From Anaerolineae bacterium (lineage in GTDB: Bacteria; Chloroflexota; Anaerolineae; S140-20): a stretch of DNA of 64,000 bases. Positions 45,240 through 54,167 of this stretch are shown here, piece by piece (positions within the stretch are counted from its first letter, which is position 1; every line of letters starts with the position of its first letter). The DNA is taken from contig JALUTT010000170.1 in assembly GCA_027021705.1 (NCBI GenBank), positions 2,429 to 66,428 of the forward strand, given 5' to 3'. The translations under genes were made by a program, and so were the position numbers. Below the pieces are notes generated by a model that was not told where the DNA came from, ran no database searches, and saw only the letters and a list, made by a program, of their open reading frames with translations.

Positions 45240-45818
45240 GTGGACGAAACGGACCTGATTGCGCGTGCTGTCCAGGGGGACGAGGAGGCCCTGGCGGCTC
45301 TCTACAACCGTCACGCCCCAGCCCTCTACCGGCTGGCCTACGGCCTCTTGGGAGATGCGGAGGATGCCGAGGAGGTGGTCCAGGACGCCCTCGCCTACGC
45401 CCTGCGCCGGCTGGACCACTACGATCCCACTCGATCCGCCTTCACGACCTGGCTGCACACCATCACCGTCAGTCGCTGTCGGAACAAGCGCCGTCGCCGC
45501 TGGTTGCCCAGCCTGCGGCTCGCCGACTGGCTGGAGAGGGGCCGAGACCTGCCTGACCCCGATGCCGACCTGGAGGCCGTGGTAGTGGCCGACGAGGAGG
45601 CCCGCCAAGTCTGGGAAGCGGTGCAGCAACTCAGCCCCGTCGTGCGGGAAGTGGTCGTCCTCCGCTACTGGGGCGGTCACACCATCCCGGAGATCGCCCG
45701 CATCGTCGGCTGCCCGCCGGCCACCGCCCAATCCCGGCTGCGGCTGGCTCACGAGCAACTGCGCCGCCACCTGCACCCCCTTTCGACCTCTTGGAGCCCA
45801 GCGGAGGAGGCGGGATGA
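45240..45818 (+). CDS. ECF RNA polymerase sigma factor
   Basis: DAEEVVQD, FTTWLHTI, region 4 EIARIVG...AQSRL; TATAAT at 45187-45192. Confidence 0.9.
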   Translation: MDETDLIARAVQGDEEALAALYNRHAPALYRLAYGLLGDAEDAEEVVQDALAYALRRLDHYDPTRSAFTTWLHTITVSRCRNKRRRRWLPSLRLADWLERGRDLPDPDADLEAVVVADEEARQVWEAVQQLSPVVREVVVLRYWGGHTIPEIARIVGCPPATAQSRLRLAHEQLRRHLHPLSTSWSPAEEAG

Positions 45819-48562
45819 AGAAGCACCTCACGGCCCAGCAACTCAGTGACCTGGCGGAGGGATTGGTCTCCCCTGATCACCGGGTCACCCTGGAGGCCCA
45901 CCTGGCTTCCTGCTCCCACTGTCGGGAGGCCCTGGCCGCCCACCAGGCCCTGGTCGAGCAGCTGCGCCGGGGGCTTCCCGCCTATCTGGAGCGGACTCCC
46001 TTGCCTCCCACCCTGCGCTGGGACACGGTGCGCCATCAGCTCCTGAAAGCTGCCTCCCCCAGGTTCGAACTTCAGAGGAGGATCGTGATGTGGAGACGAA
46101 TGCGCGCGGCTGTCGGTAGCCTCGTTGCCTTAACCTTGTTGCTGGGGATGATCCTCGTCCTGAGCGCCATCTTCCGCCCGATGAGCACCACCCTCGCACC
46201 CGGCGAGGAGGGCGCCCCTCCAGGAGCGGTGCTCGAAATGAGCGGCGTCCTGCCCTCTAGTGCGGGGCTCTTCGGTCCTCGATCCGTCACCTTCACAGTG
46301 CGGGCTGCACTGCCGACGGTGCCCGAGAGCGTCCCCCTCTACCGGATGGAGCCCGTCCTGCGGGAGATCACCCCCGACGTACTCCGCCTCTGGGCCGGTC
46401 GCCTGGGGATGGGACCGGTGCAGATCTACCGGGGCGATCTCCCAATGGCCGGGCCCAACAGCCTCACCGGCTTCGACGAAAGGTGGAGATCCCTCACCCT
46501 GGGCGCTGAGGGGACCTTGGTCTTCCAGCGACGCGGTTTCCGGTCGAGTGAGATGACGGGGCTGGCGACTCCTCCCCAAGAAGGGGTGGAAGAGTCCGAA
46601 GCCAGGAGGGTGGCGACCGCCTTCATCACGCCGTTGATCCCCTACTTGGTCACCGTGGAGGGGACGGACTCTCCCCCGTCCGTGGGCTTCTCCCTCACCC
46701 CGCGGGAGGATCTCTCTCCCGCCGACACAGGCGTGTGGGCCTATCAGGTCGAGATCACCTTGGATGGCGTCCCCTTCGCCTCTGAAGCCCCCGGAAACAT
46801 CGTGCTGGTGGGGGCGGATGGCGAGGTGATCACCGCCTTCCTCACCCCGGTTCGCCTCACCCCGGCCGGCAAGCAGGTCGCCCTGCGGCCCATCGAGGAG
46901 ACGCTGCAGGCTTTCCTGCAGGGCGATGCCTCACTGCTGGATGGCAGTAGTTGGCGCGAGAAGCTTCCCTCCGACGCCATGCCTCGTTTCTTCCAACGCC
47001 CCCTCTCCTTCCAAGAGGGAGAGAGGGTCGCCGTGAGCGGATGGGTCCAGCGGCTCTCAGGGGTGGAGGGTGCGCCAGACCTGGTGTTGCTCCACACTGT
47101 CACCAATGGGGGGACTTTCGTCCTGGAGGGAGGGGATCCAGCGCTTTCGTCGGAGAGCGGTCCGGTCCGGGTGGAGGGGACGGTGAGCCGTACCGACGTC
47201 CCTGACGTGTGGCGACTCCGGGTGGAGCGGGTGATGCCGATGGCACCCGAGGAGAAGGGCAGTTGGGATGGGGTGGTGGAGCGGCGGGAAGACGGCCTCT
47301 GGTTGAAGACCTTGGAGGGGCAGCAGTTCCGCCTGCCCGATCCACCGGAAGGGCTGCCCGACGGTGCCCGGGTGTCGGTGATGGGGATGCCGGCCCTGGA
47401 TGACCCCCAGCGTCTGGAGTGGAGCCTCATTGTCCTCCTGCCCGAGGCGGAACTTCCGCCAAGGCGGGCGGTGCAGGTGGAAGCGCCCCCTCCCCCGCCT
47501 CCGCCGTCCCTGCCCACGCCGGCCCCCCTTCCGACGGCCATGGCTACGGAGACCCTCGAAGGGCCGGTGGTCAGCGCTCCTGTCTCCCCCACCGCGCCGC
47601 TGGCGCCATCGCCGGTGGCAGTCCAATCCAGCGAGGTCGTCGTCGTGCCGGTGGTTCCCCTGGCCCCCGGAGCCCCCTCTCCGGAGCCTCCCCCGTGGTG
47701 GGAGCACCAGCCGGGCGACGTGGTGACAGTGGTGGGGCTCCTATCTGTGAACGGCTTTCGCGAACCCGACGGTACCATCCAGGCCTGGGCCAACCTGACC
47801 ATCGAAGGTCCCACGGAGGATGTTCCGAACTTCTTCCTGCCCCTGGCGGGCGAGGACCTGGAGGCCCTAGCCCCTTGGGATGGGCTACACGTGCGGGTGC
47901 GGGGACAAATCCTCACCGAGGAGGAGGCCACGGAGAAGTTGGGCGAGCCCATCCCCGGCTCCGCTGGTCAAGTCCTCTGGATCGAGGAGGCCGAGCCGGC
48001 GTGGCCGGAGGAGACGAAGGACGTCTACACCGGCCCGCTGCGCATCGAGGAGGTGGAGGGCCGAGAGGTGGCCCTGCTGGAGGACACGCTCACTGGCCAG
48101 ACCTTTGCCCTGGCCGGCGGGGAAGGCGACTTGGACCTCTACCGCCGCTACGCAGGGCTGGAGGAGCCCATCGCCATCATCGGCATCCGGGTCCCTCAAG
48201 AGCAGGTAGGAGGCTACCCGGTCCTGCGGATGGCGCGGCTGGGCACCGGCGAGGGGGCGGTGGAGGACCTGCGGCGGCGGTTGACCGATCCATTCGGTCC
48301 ACCCATACCGGCGCCGTCCGGCCCCACCGAGGTGATCATCGAAGAAGTGAAGCTGGCCTACATAGTGCAGAGATTTCATCCAGATCCCTCCAGGGAAGGG
48401 GAACCGGTGGCCTTGCTCACCAAGCCCTTCTACCTCCTCATTGGCCGCTCCCCTGATGGACGGTATCGGGTGACGGTCCGGCTGCGGGCGACGGAGGAGG
48501 CCATTCCTTCGGAAACGCCATCGGTCTTCTTCCTGACGCCCACCACGGTCCCTGGGCCGTAG
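45815..48562 (+). CDS. Zinc-binding (zf-HC2) anti-sigma factor with very large extracytoplasmic region
   Basis: HLASCSHC, one TM, then ~790 aa including a Pro-rich linker; ATGA overlap with the sigma gene. Confidence 0.8.
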   Translation: MKKHLTAQQLSDLAEGLVSPDHRVTLEAHLASCSHCREALAAHQALVEQLRRGLPAYLERTPLPPTLRWDTVRHQLLKAASPRFELQRRIVMWRRMRAAVGSLVALTLLLGMILVLSAIFRPMSTTLAPGEEGAPPGAVLEMSGVLPSSAGLFGPRSVTFTVRAALPTVPESVPLYRMEPVLREITPDVLRLWAGRLGMGPVQIYRGDLPMAGPNSLTGFDERWRSLTLGAEGTLVFQRRGFRSSEMTGLATPPQEGVEESEARRVATAFITPLIPYLVTVEGTDSPPSVGFSLTPREDLSPADTGVWAYQVEITLDGVPFASEAPGNIVLVGADGEVITAFLTPVRLTPAGKQVALRPIEETLQAFLQGDASLLDGSSWREKLPSDAMPRFFQRPLSFQEGERVAVSGWVQRLSGVEGAPDLVLLHTVTNGGTFVLEGGDPALSSESGPVRVEGTVSRTDVPDVWRLRVERVMPMAPEEKGSWDGVVERREDGLWLKTLEGQQFRLPDPPEGLPDGARVSVMGMPALDDPQRLEWSLIVLLPEAELPPRRAVQVEAPPPPPPPSLPTPAPLPTAMATETLEGPVVSAPVSPTAPLAPSPVAVQSSEVVVVPVVPLAPGAPSPEPPPWWEHQPGDVVTVVGLLSVNGFREPDGTIQAWANLTIEGPTEDVPNFFLPLAGEDLEALAPWDGLHVRVRGQILTEEEATEKLGEPIPGSAGQVLWIEEAEPAWPEETKDVYTGPLRIEEVEGREVALLEDTLTGQTFALAGGEGDLDLYRRYAGLEEPIAIIGIRVPQEQVGGYPVLRMARLGTGEGAVEDLRRRLTDPFGPPIPAPSGPTEVIIEEVKLAYIVQRFHPDPSREGEPVALLTKPFYLLIGRSPDGRYRVTVRLRATEEAIPSETPSVFFLTPTTVPGP

Positions 48563-48625
48563 CGTGCGGTAGTAGGAGGGCCTTCCCAGCCGCTGGCGGC
48601 CGAGGAAAGCCACCCTACCTCATTA

Positions 48626-48747
48626 GTAACTGTTCACCCTCCCGCAGGTTAGGCGCGTTTTCGACGCGAAACCGTGCTTCCAATAGCCCATCGGGGCTGA
48701 AAGCGCCCTCGACCGGTGACCTGCGGGAGGGTGGGCTGGACAGCAGC
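48626..48747 (-). mobile_element. MITE-like element, copy 4 (one end degenerate)
   Basis: Begins GTAACTGTTCACCCTCCCGCAGGT; body nearly identical to copy 3; no target duplication visible. Confidence 0.8.
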
Positions 48748-48907
48748 CCGTTTTTAAAACGGACTGCTGTCAGGGGATTGAACGGAGAGGAGTGCTCCCG
48801 TAGAGGGCGATCCAGCCGGTCCGAATCCCCTTGGTCAGAATCCCCTTGATGGAGTACCAGTCCCTCCCCCCGGTGATGACCCATATCTTTGGAGATAGGG
48901 AGACGAG

Positions 48908-48982
48908 CCGTCCACGAATGGGGCACGAGTACACGAATTAAGGACCACCTCATTCGTGCATTTGTGAGAAATTCGTGGACGG
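48908..48982. repeat. Palindromic element built of CACGAAT/ATTCGTG units
   Basis: CCGTCCACGAAT (48908-48919) pairs with ATTCGTGGACGG (48971-48982). Confidence 0.75.
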
Positions 48983-49036
48983 CCTGCTACGGACCACCCT
49001 CTCGCTCGCTTGGGGGTAATCACCGGCCTCCCCGAC

Positions 49037-49065
49037 TTGACAAAATCGCCCTTTTCGGCTATAGT
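49037..49065 (+). promoter_or_regulatory. Near-consensus sigma70 promoter
   Basis: TTGACA-N17-TATAGT. Confidence 0.8.
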
Positions 49066-49143
49066 TCCGGCGCTTCGGGCTGTCCTCTGTCTACTTCCTC
49101 AAGAGCGAGTCGAGCTGTCGAATCCTTCTTTGCTGCACTACTT

Positions 49144-49334
49144 CCACCGGATAGGCCCTCCGGCTGGTCAGGTAGGTTGCGGAATTCCCCTGAGGAGAGA
49201 AAAGGCGCGCAAGGGTCTCTTCTGCCATCGCGTGCTGGAGGTGTCCGGTGGCTAGAGGGTAGCCCTGGCTAGACCGACAGGCTACACCCACCATAAGCTT
49301 GTCCGGGGGCGTGAGCTCACTCCTGCCGGACAGG
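49144..49334 (+). ncRNA. Candidate structured leader RNA (family not recognised)
   Basis: Three consecutive stem-loops between a strong promoter and the AGGAGGT RBS. Confidence 0.4.
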
Positions 49335-49356
49335 TCCAATCTCAGGAGGTGCGCCT

Positions 49357-49866
49357 TTGGTCAGAGCGTTAACAAACAAAAGGATGGGACTGGTGCTTCT
49401 GGTGCTGGCCTTGTGGGCAGCGGCCGGCTGTGCCCAAGTGGAGGTGGTGGAGCGCTCCTCTTCCTCGCAGGGTGCCAACGGCCTCTTAAACCAGTCGGTG
49501 GTGCTGCACAACTTGGCCGTCCAATCCATTGCTTTTGAGCCTCCCCTGGATGAGATCGGCCAGGCGGCCTTGCGCCATGGTGTGGACTTACAGGTCCGCA
49601 TCATCAACACGGGCCTGACCCAGGAGCGCGATGTGCGGGTAGAGGTCCAGCTCAGCCTGGCCAGCGGCGAATCATTGGGGAGTCAGGAGGCACCCATCGA
49701 GCTCCTCAAGCCGGGCCAATCCCGGACGGTCCGCTTCCGGGTCAACGGGATCCTGCCCCAATACCCCCACTACGTCCTCACCGTCCGGGTTGCCCCCTCG
49801 CCAGGCGAGCAATTCACACAAGACAATGAAAAGGTCTACGACCTCTACGTGGAGACGAAGCCCTAG
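49357..49866 (+). CDS. Lipoprotein with CARDB/Ig-like domain
   Basis: Lipobox-like WAAAGC, NLAVQSI...INTG...LKPGQSRTV...DNE; AGGAGGT RBS with TTG start. Confidence 0.72.
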   Translation: MVRALTNKRMGLVLLVLALWAAAGCAQVEVVERSSSSQGANGLLNQSVVLHNLAVQSIAFEPPLDEIGQAALRHGVDLQVRIINTGLTQERDVRVEVQLSLASGESLGSQEAPIELLKPGQSRTVRFRVNGILPQYPHYVLTVRVAPSPGEQFTQDNEKVYDLYVETKP

Positions 49867-49899
49867 CGCCGCTGCACCAAACCGGTCTGGACGTTTCAG

Positions 49900-49936
49900 A
49901 AAAGACCGCCTCAGGCATTGCCTGAGGCGGCTATTG
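49900..49936. terminator. Intrinsic terminator between convergent genes
   Basis: CCGCCTCAGGCA-T-TGCCTGAGGCGG preceded by an A-tract (U-tract on the minus strand). Confidence 0.7.
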
Positions 49937-50040
49937 TCCTTCCTGCGTCCAGCCTCATCTCTTCCCAGAGTTCGAGGCCTTCGCGATGAAAGCCTCCTTT
50001 GGCACTTTTCCTCATCCTCTACACGTTCTGGCAACCCCCT

Positions 50041-50271
50041 CTAACGGCGGGGCGAGCAGGTGGCACAGGCGGCCGATGGTGTGCAACCGCCACATCCGCC
50101 GCTGCCGGCGACCGCCCGTCCCTCGGCGTGGGCGGCAAAGAGGGAGATCATTCGATGAGTCTCCCGGGAGCCGCAGGACGGGCAGGGAAGCGGTGCATCG
50201 GCCTGAGACTTGGGGCGTAAGGTCTCGAAACGGGTCCGGCAATTCTCACAGAAGTACTCATAGATTGGCAT
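50041..50271 (-). CDS. FmdB-family zinc ribbon protein
   Basis: MPIYEYFCENC...CPSCGS; C-terminal CGGC..ACATC. Confidence 0.88.
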   Translation of the reverse strand: MPIYEYFCENCRTRFETLRPKSQADAPLPCPSCGSRETHRMISLFAAHAEGRAVAGSGGCGGCTPSAACATCSPRR

Positions 50272-50345
50272 CTTCCTCCCTCCTGAGAAACCACCCGGCA
50301 GGCCGGCAGGGCCAGCCTCCGCGCCAGCCGGTGGACTCAGTGTGC

Positions 50346-51524
50346 TCAGATCAATCCCATCTCTCTTCCAACCCTCTCGAAAACGTCCAGCACGAAGTCC
50401 AACTGTTCGTCGGTATGGGTCGCCATGTAGCTGGTGCGCAGGAGGGATTTGTTGGGGGGGACGCCCGGCGGGATGACGGCGTTGACGTAGACCCCTTCCT
50501 CGTAGAGGCGCTTCCAGGTCATCAGGGTGCGCATATCGTCGCCGATGATGATGGGGATGATGGGCGTCTGGCTTTCGCCCACGTTGTAACCCATCGCCCG
50601 GTAAGCCTGGCGCATCCGGTCGCCGATGGCGTTGACCCGCTCGATTCGCTCCGGCTCTTCCTGCATCACCTCCAGGGCGGCCAGCACAGCGGCCACATTG
50701 GAGGGAGGCATGCTGGCGCTGAAGATGAGGGAGCGGGCGTGGTGTTGGATGTAGTGGATCACCGCTTCATCCCCGGCGATGAAGCCGCCCAGCGAGGCGA
50801 AAGACTTGCTGAAGGTGCCCATGATCAGGTCCACATCCTCGGTGACACCAAAGTGAGCCGCCGTGCCACGCCCACCTCCCAGCACCCCGATGGAGTGGGC
50901 ATCGTCCACCATCAGCCGGGCGTTGTACTTCTTGCCCAGGGCGATGATCTCCGGCAAGGGGGCCAGATCCCCTCCCATGCTGTAGACCCCGTCCACGACG
51001 ATCAGCTTGCCCGCCTCGTGGGGCAGGGAGGAGAGCACCCGTTCCAGATCCGCCATATCGTTGTGGCGGAAGCGCTTCATCGTCCCCATCGCCAGCCGAC
51101 AGCCGTCAATGATGCTGGCATGGTCTTCCTTATCGGTGATCACGTACTCGCCCTTGCCCACCAGGGCGGAGATAGTGCCCAGGTTGACCTGGAAGCCGGT
51201 GCTGAAGACCAGGGCGGCCTCCTTGTTTACGTACTCGGCCAGGCGGCGCTCCAGCTCCCGATGCATCTCCAGCGTACCGTTGAGGAAGCGAGAGCCGGTG
51301 CAACTGGTCCCAAATTGCTCCACCGCTCGAATGGCCGCCTGACGGACCTTGGGGTGGGTGGTCAACCCCAGGTAGTTGTTGGAACCGATCATCACCAGGC
51401 GGTGATCTCCATCGTAGACCACCGTTCCCTCGCTCTCGGAGAAGGGGATGAAGTAGGGGTAGAGGCCGGCCGCTTGGGCCATTCGGGCCTCGGTGAACTG
51501 ATGGCATTTGTCGAACAGGTCCAT
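50346..51524 (-). CDS. Alpha-oxoamine synthase family PLP enzyme, serine-palmitoyltransferase-like
   Basis: GLYPYF, GSNNYLGL, GSRFLNGT, GFQVNLG, DHASI, VDDAH, GTFSKS, RSLIFSAS. Confidence 0.8.
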   Translation of the reverse strand: MDLFDKCHQFTEARMAQAAGLYPYFIPFSESEGTVVYDGDHRLVMIGSNNYLGLTTHPKVRQAAIRAVEQFGTSCTGSRFLNGTLEMHRELERRLAEYVNKEAALVFSTGFQVNLGTISALVGKGEYVITDKEDHASIIDGCRLAMGTMKRFRHNDMADLERVLSSLPHEAGKLIVVDGVYSMGGDLAPLPEIIALGKKYNARLMVDDAHSIGVLGGGRGTAAHFGVTEDVDLIMGTFSKSFASLGGFIAGDEAVIHYIQHHARSLIFSASMPPSNVAAVLAALEVMQEEPERIERVNAIGDRMRQAYRAMGYNVGESQTPIIPIIIGDDMRTLMTWKRLYEEGVYVNAVIPPGVPPNKSLLRTSYMATHTDEQLDFVLDVFERVGREMGLI

Positions 51525-51639
51525 CGGGAGCTCCCTCCTTACACTGGTCGCCGGTGGCAGATAACCCGACCGGTGCGCCCTGGGGACGCCCTGCTATCCG
51601 ACCAGGGATTGTACTGAGGTTTTGACGTTTGTCAAGGTG

Positions 51640-51850
51640 GGGAGCAACGCGGTAGCGGAGTGGTGAGGCGGCGGGGCGATGAGGCAACGGGGCAGTGAAC
51701 CGGTGGGGGAGGAGGAAATGAGGCAACGAGGGATGAGGAAAGAGGTAAGGCGGCTTTCCCTAGCTGCCCGAAACTTGGGGGGGATCGCCGGAGAGAACAA
51801 CGAGGCGACGAGGGATGAGGCGATTAGGGGAGAGCGATGGAGCAACAAGC
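51640..51850. repeat. Degenerate purine-rich ~8-mer repeats (GAGGCAAC/GAGGCGAT-like)
   Basis: Recurrent ATGAGGCAACG(G/A)GG, GAGGCGAC and GAGGGATGAGG units in a divergent intergenic region. Confidence 0.55.
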
Positions 51851-52832
51851 GATGAAGGTGTCGGCGGGGCGTGGGGAACCGGGGGATTCCCGGGAGCCCG
51901 GTGCGGAGGCCGCCATTGTCCTGGAAGGGCTGCGCAAAGTCTACGGGCGCAAGGTGGCCGTCAGCCGCCTCACGCTCCGGGTGGAGCGGGGGGAGGTCTT
52001 CGGCTTTCTGGGGCCGAATGGAGCTGGGAAGACGACGGCGATCAAGATGATGCTGGGGCTGGTGCACCCCACGGCCGGTCGGGGCTGGCTGCTGGGCCGG
52101 CCCCTGGGCGACTGGCGGGTCCGGGAGCGGATCGGCTTCCTGCCTGAGGACTTCCGCTTTCACCCGTGGTTACGGGCTGCCGAGTTCCTCGACGTCCACG
52201 GTCAGCTCTACGGCATGCCGGCCCAGGAGCGGCGACGGCGTATCCCGGAGCTGCTGGAACTGGTCGGGCTGGCCGACGAAGCCCGCACCCGTCTGGCCCA
52301 CTTCTCCAAGGGTATGTTGCAGCGGATCGGCCTGGCCCAGGCCTTGCTCAACCGCCCCGATCTGGTCTTCCTCGACGAGCCGACCTCAGGGTTAGACCCC
52401 CTGGGGCGGCTGTTGGTGCGCGACGTGATCCGCCATCTGCGTGAAGAGGGGACCACCGTCTTCCTCAACTCCCACCTCCTGAGCGAGGTCGAGGTGACCT
52501 GCGATCGAGTGGGCTTCATCAAGGCGGGAGAACTGGTCCGCGTCGCCGACCTGCGCCGTCTGGTGGAGGGCGAGACCGAAGTGGAGCTGCGGGTTGGCGA
52601 GGGGGAGGCGACACCCGCCCTCCTGGAGGGGCTGCGCCGCCTGGGGGCCTGGAAGGTCCAGGCTCACGACCGCCGGGTGACGATGACGGTGGACCGGGAG
52701 GAGAAGTTGCCGGAGATCGCCCGCTGGGTCCTCAGCCAGGGCGTCCACCTCTACGCTCTGACACCTCGCCGCCTCTCACTGGAAGACCTCTTCGTCCGCA
52801 TCGTCCAGGATCAACAGGAGGGAGCGCGATGA
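51837..52832 (+). CDS. ABC transporter ATP-binding protein (ABC-2 exporter)
   Basis: GPNGAGKTT, FSKGMLQR, FLDEPTSGLD, NSH. Confidence 0.92.
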   Translation: MEQQAMKVSAGRGEPGDSREPGAEAAIVLEGLRKVYGRKVAVSRLTLRVERGEVFGFLGPNGAGKTTAIKMMLGLVHPTAGRGWLLGRPLGDWRVRERIGFLPEDFRFHPWLRAAEFLDVHGQLYGMPAQERRRRIPELLELVGLADEARTRLAHFSKGMLQRIGLAQALLNRPDLVFLDEPTSGLDPLGRLLVRDVIRHLREEGTTVFLNSHLLSEVEVTCDRVGFIKAGELVRVADLRRLVEGETEVELRVGEGEATPALLEGLRRLGAWKVQAHDRRVTMTVDREEKLPEIARWVLSQGVHLYALTPRRLSLEDLFVRIVQDQQEGAR

Positions 52833-53683
52833 AGCTCTGGGGCATTGCCCGGTTCACCTTTCGGGAGGCCCGTCGTCGCCGGCTCCTCTGGGTGGGGCTG
52901 GGGCTGGGCATCCTCTTCTTGGGCCTCTTCGCCCTGGGGTTCTCGCTCATCTATCGGGAGATGCAGGCGGATATTGGACGCAGCCCGACCGCCCAGGCGA
53001 TGGTCGAGTTCGCCGTGGGCCAGTTCGAGATGGCTGCTCTCTTCGTCATCAACTTCCTCATCGTCCTGACGGCCATCCTGACAACTATCACCGCGCTGCC
53101 GAGCGAGATCAACTCCCACACCATCTACGCCGTGGTCACCAAGCCGGTGCGCCGTTGGGAGGTGTTGCTGGGCAAGTGGCTGGGCCACGCGATGATGCTG
53201 ACCGCCTACGTGCTGTTGCTGGCCGGCGGCGTGATGCTCATCGTCTACGTCATCGCGGGCTACGTGCCCCGCCATCCCATCCGTGGCCTGGCCCTCCTGG
53301 TCCTGGAGGGATTGGTGCTGACCAGCCTGACCTTCCTCGGCGGGACACGTCTCTCCAGCTTGGTCAACGGCGTCGTCGTCTTCATGCTCTACGGTCTCGC
53401 CTTCATCGGTGGGTGGGTGGAGCAGTTTGGTAGTCTGCTGGGCAACCAGACGGCGGTGCAGCTGGGCCACCTGCCGGCCATCGTGATGCCCAGCGAAGCT
53501 CTCTGGCGGCTGGCCTCTCACATGATGAGCCCGCCGCCTCCGTTGGGGGTGGGCTTCACGCCGGGCGGGTCCCTCTTCGCCTTTGGACGACCACCGGCGG
53601 CCTCTACAGCCCGCTACGGGTTGATCTACGTTGTCGTCGTACTTTTCTTGGCCATCCTCTCCTTTCGCCGACGGGACCTGTGA
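52829..53683 (+). CDS. ABC-2 type permease
   Basis: TFREARRRR, KPVRRWEVLLGKWLG, ends FRRRDL; about six TMs. Confidence 0.88.
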   Translation: MKLWGIARFTFREARRRRLLWVGLGLGILFLGLFALGFSLIYREMQADIGRSPTAQAMVEFAVGQFEMAALFVINFLIVLTAILTTITALPSEINSHTIYAVVTKPVRRWEVLLGKWLGHAMMLTAYVLLLAGGVMLIVYVIAGYVPRHPIRGLALLVLEGLVLTSLTFLGGTRLSSLVNGVVVFMLYGLAFIGGWVEQFGSLLGNQTAVQLGHLPAIVMPSEALWRLASHMMSPPPPLGVGFTPGGSLFAFGRPPAASTARYGLIYVVVVLFLAILSFRRRDL

Positions 53684-54003
53684 GACCAGAGCCCCGCGCC
53701 CTGGTATTTCCCCCCACGCTCCCCTTCCCATTTCCCCCAACGCACTCTCTCCGAGATCCCCACAACTTAGGATATGTTGCCATAGGGCTCAGTGCTCAAG
53801 CAAGACCCAGATTCCCGGGGTCTCCGCGCGGCGATCCTCCCTTTGGGATGCCCCCGACGAGGCGAGCACGTTGCCTCTCAGAGAGCCCTGTGTTCCGCCA
53901 GCCATAGCGTGGCCTGTGGAGAGGTGGTGAGCGGTCGGGCGGTTGGCGAATGGGGTGGAAACCCACCAATCTTCCCTTGTCTCCCCTGTAGATACGATGG
54001 ATA

Positions 54004-54115
54004 TGGGGGTAGACCCCCACTGGATAATGGGTAATTCTACCCACAAAAAGTGACATCCATCACAATGCAGTGGTGACATCCCTCACTATCCCTTGGTCCG
54101 GCTATCCTCTATACT
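54004..54115 (+). promoter_or_regulatory. Array of palindromic operators incl. two CRP/FNR-family boxes and -10 TATACT
   Basis: TGGGGG-N4-CCCCCA (54004), TGGGTA-N4-TACCCA (54028), GTGA-N6-TCAC (54050 and 54073), TATACT 54110-54115. Confidence 0.7.
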
Positions 54116-54167
54116 GGGCCTTGAGGCGCCACCCCAGGCCCGTTACCTGTAGCAGGAGGAGCGTGTT

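Noticed and set aside
49160..49240. SRP RNA or 6S RNA
   Set aside because: TGGTCAGG is suggestive, but the SRP helix 8 GGAA/GCAGC motif is absent and the fold is not a single 6S-like rod. It is kept only as an unclassified structured leader.
49986..51617. 543-aa plus-strand ORF (similarly 43808-45226, 54102-55814, 60273-61883)
   Set aside because: Each is antisense to well-supported genes and has no independent motif support.
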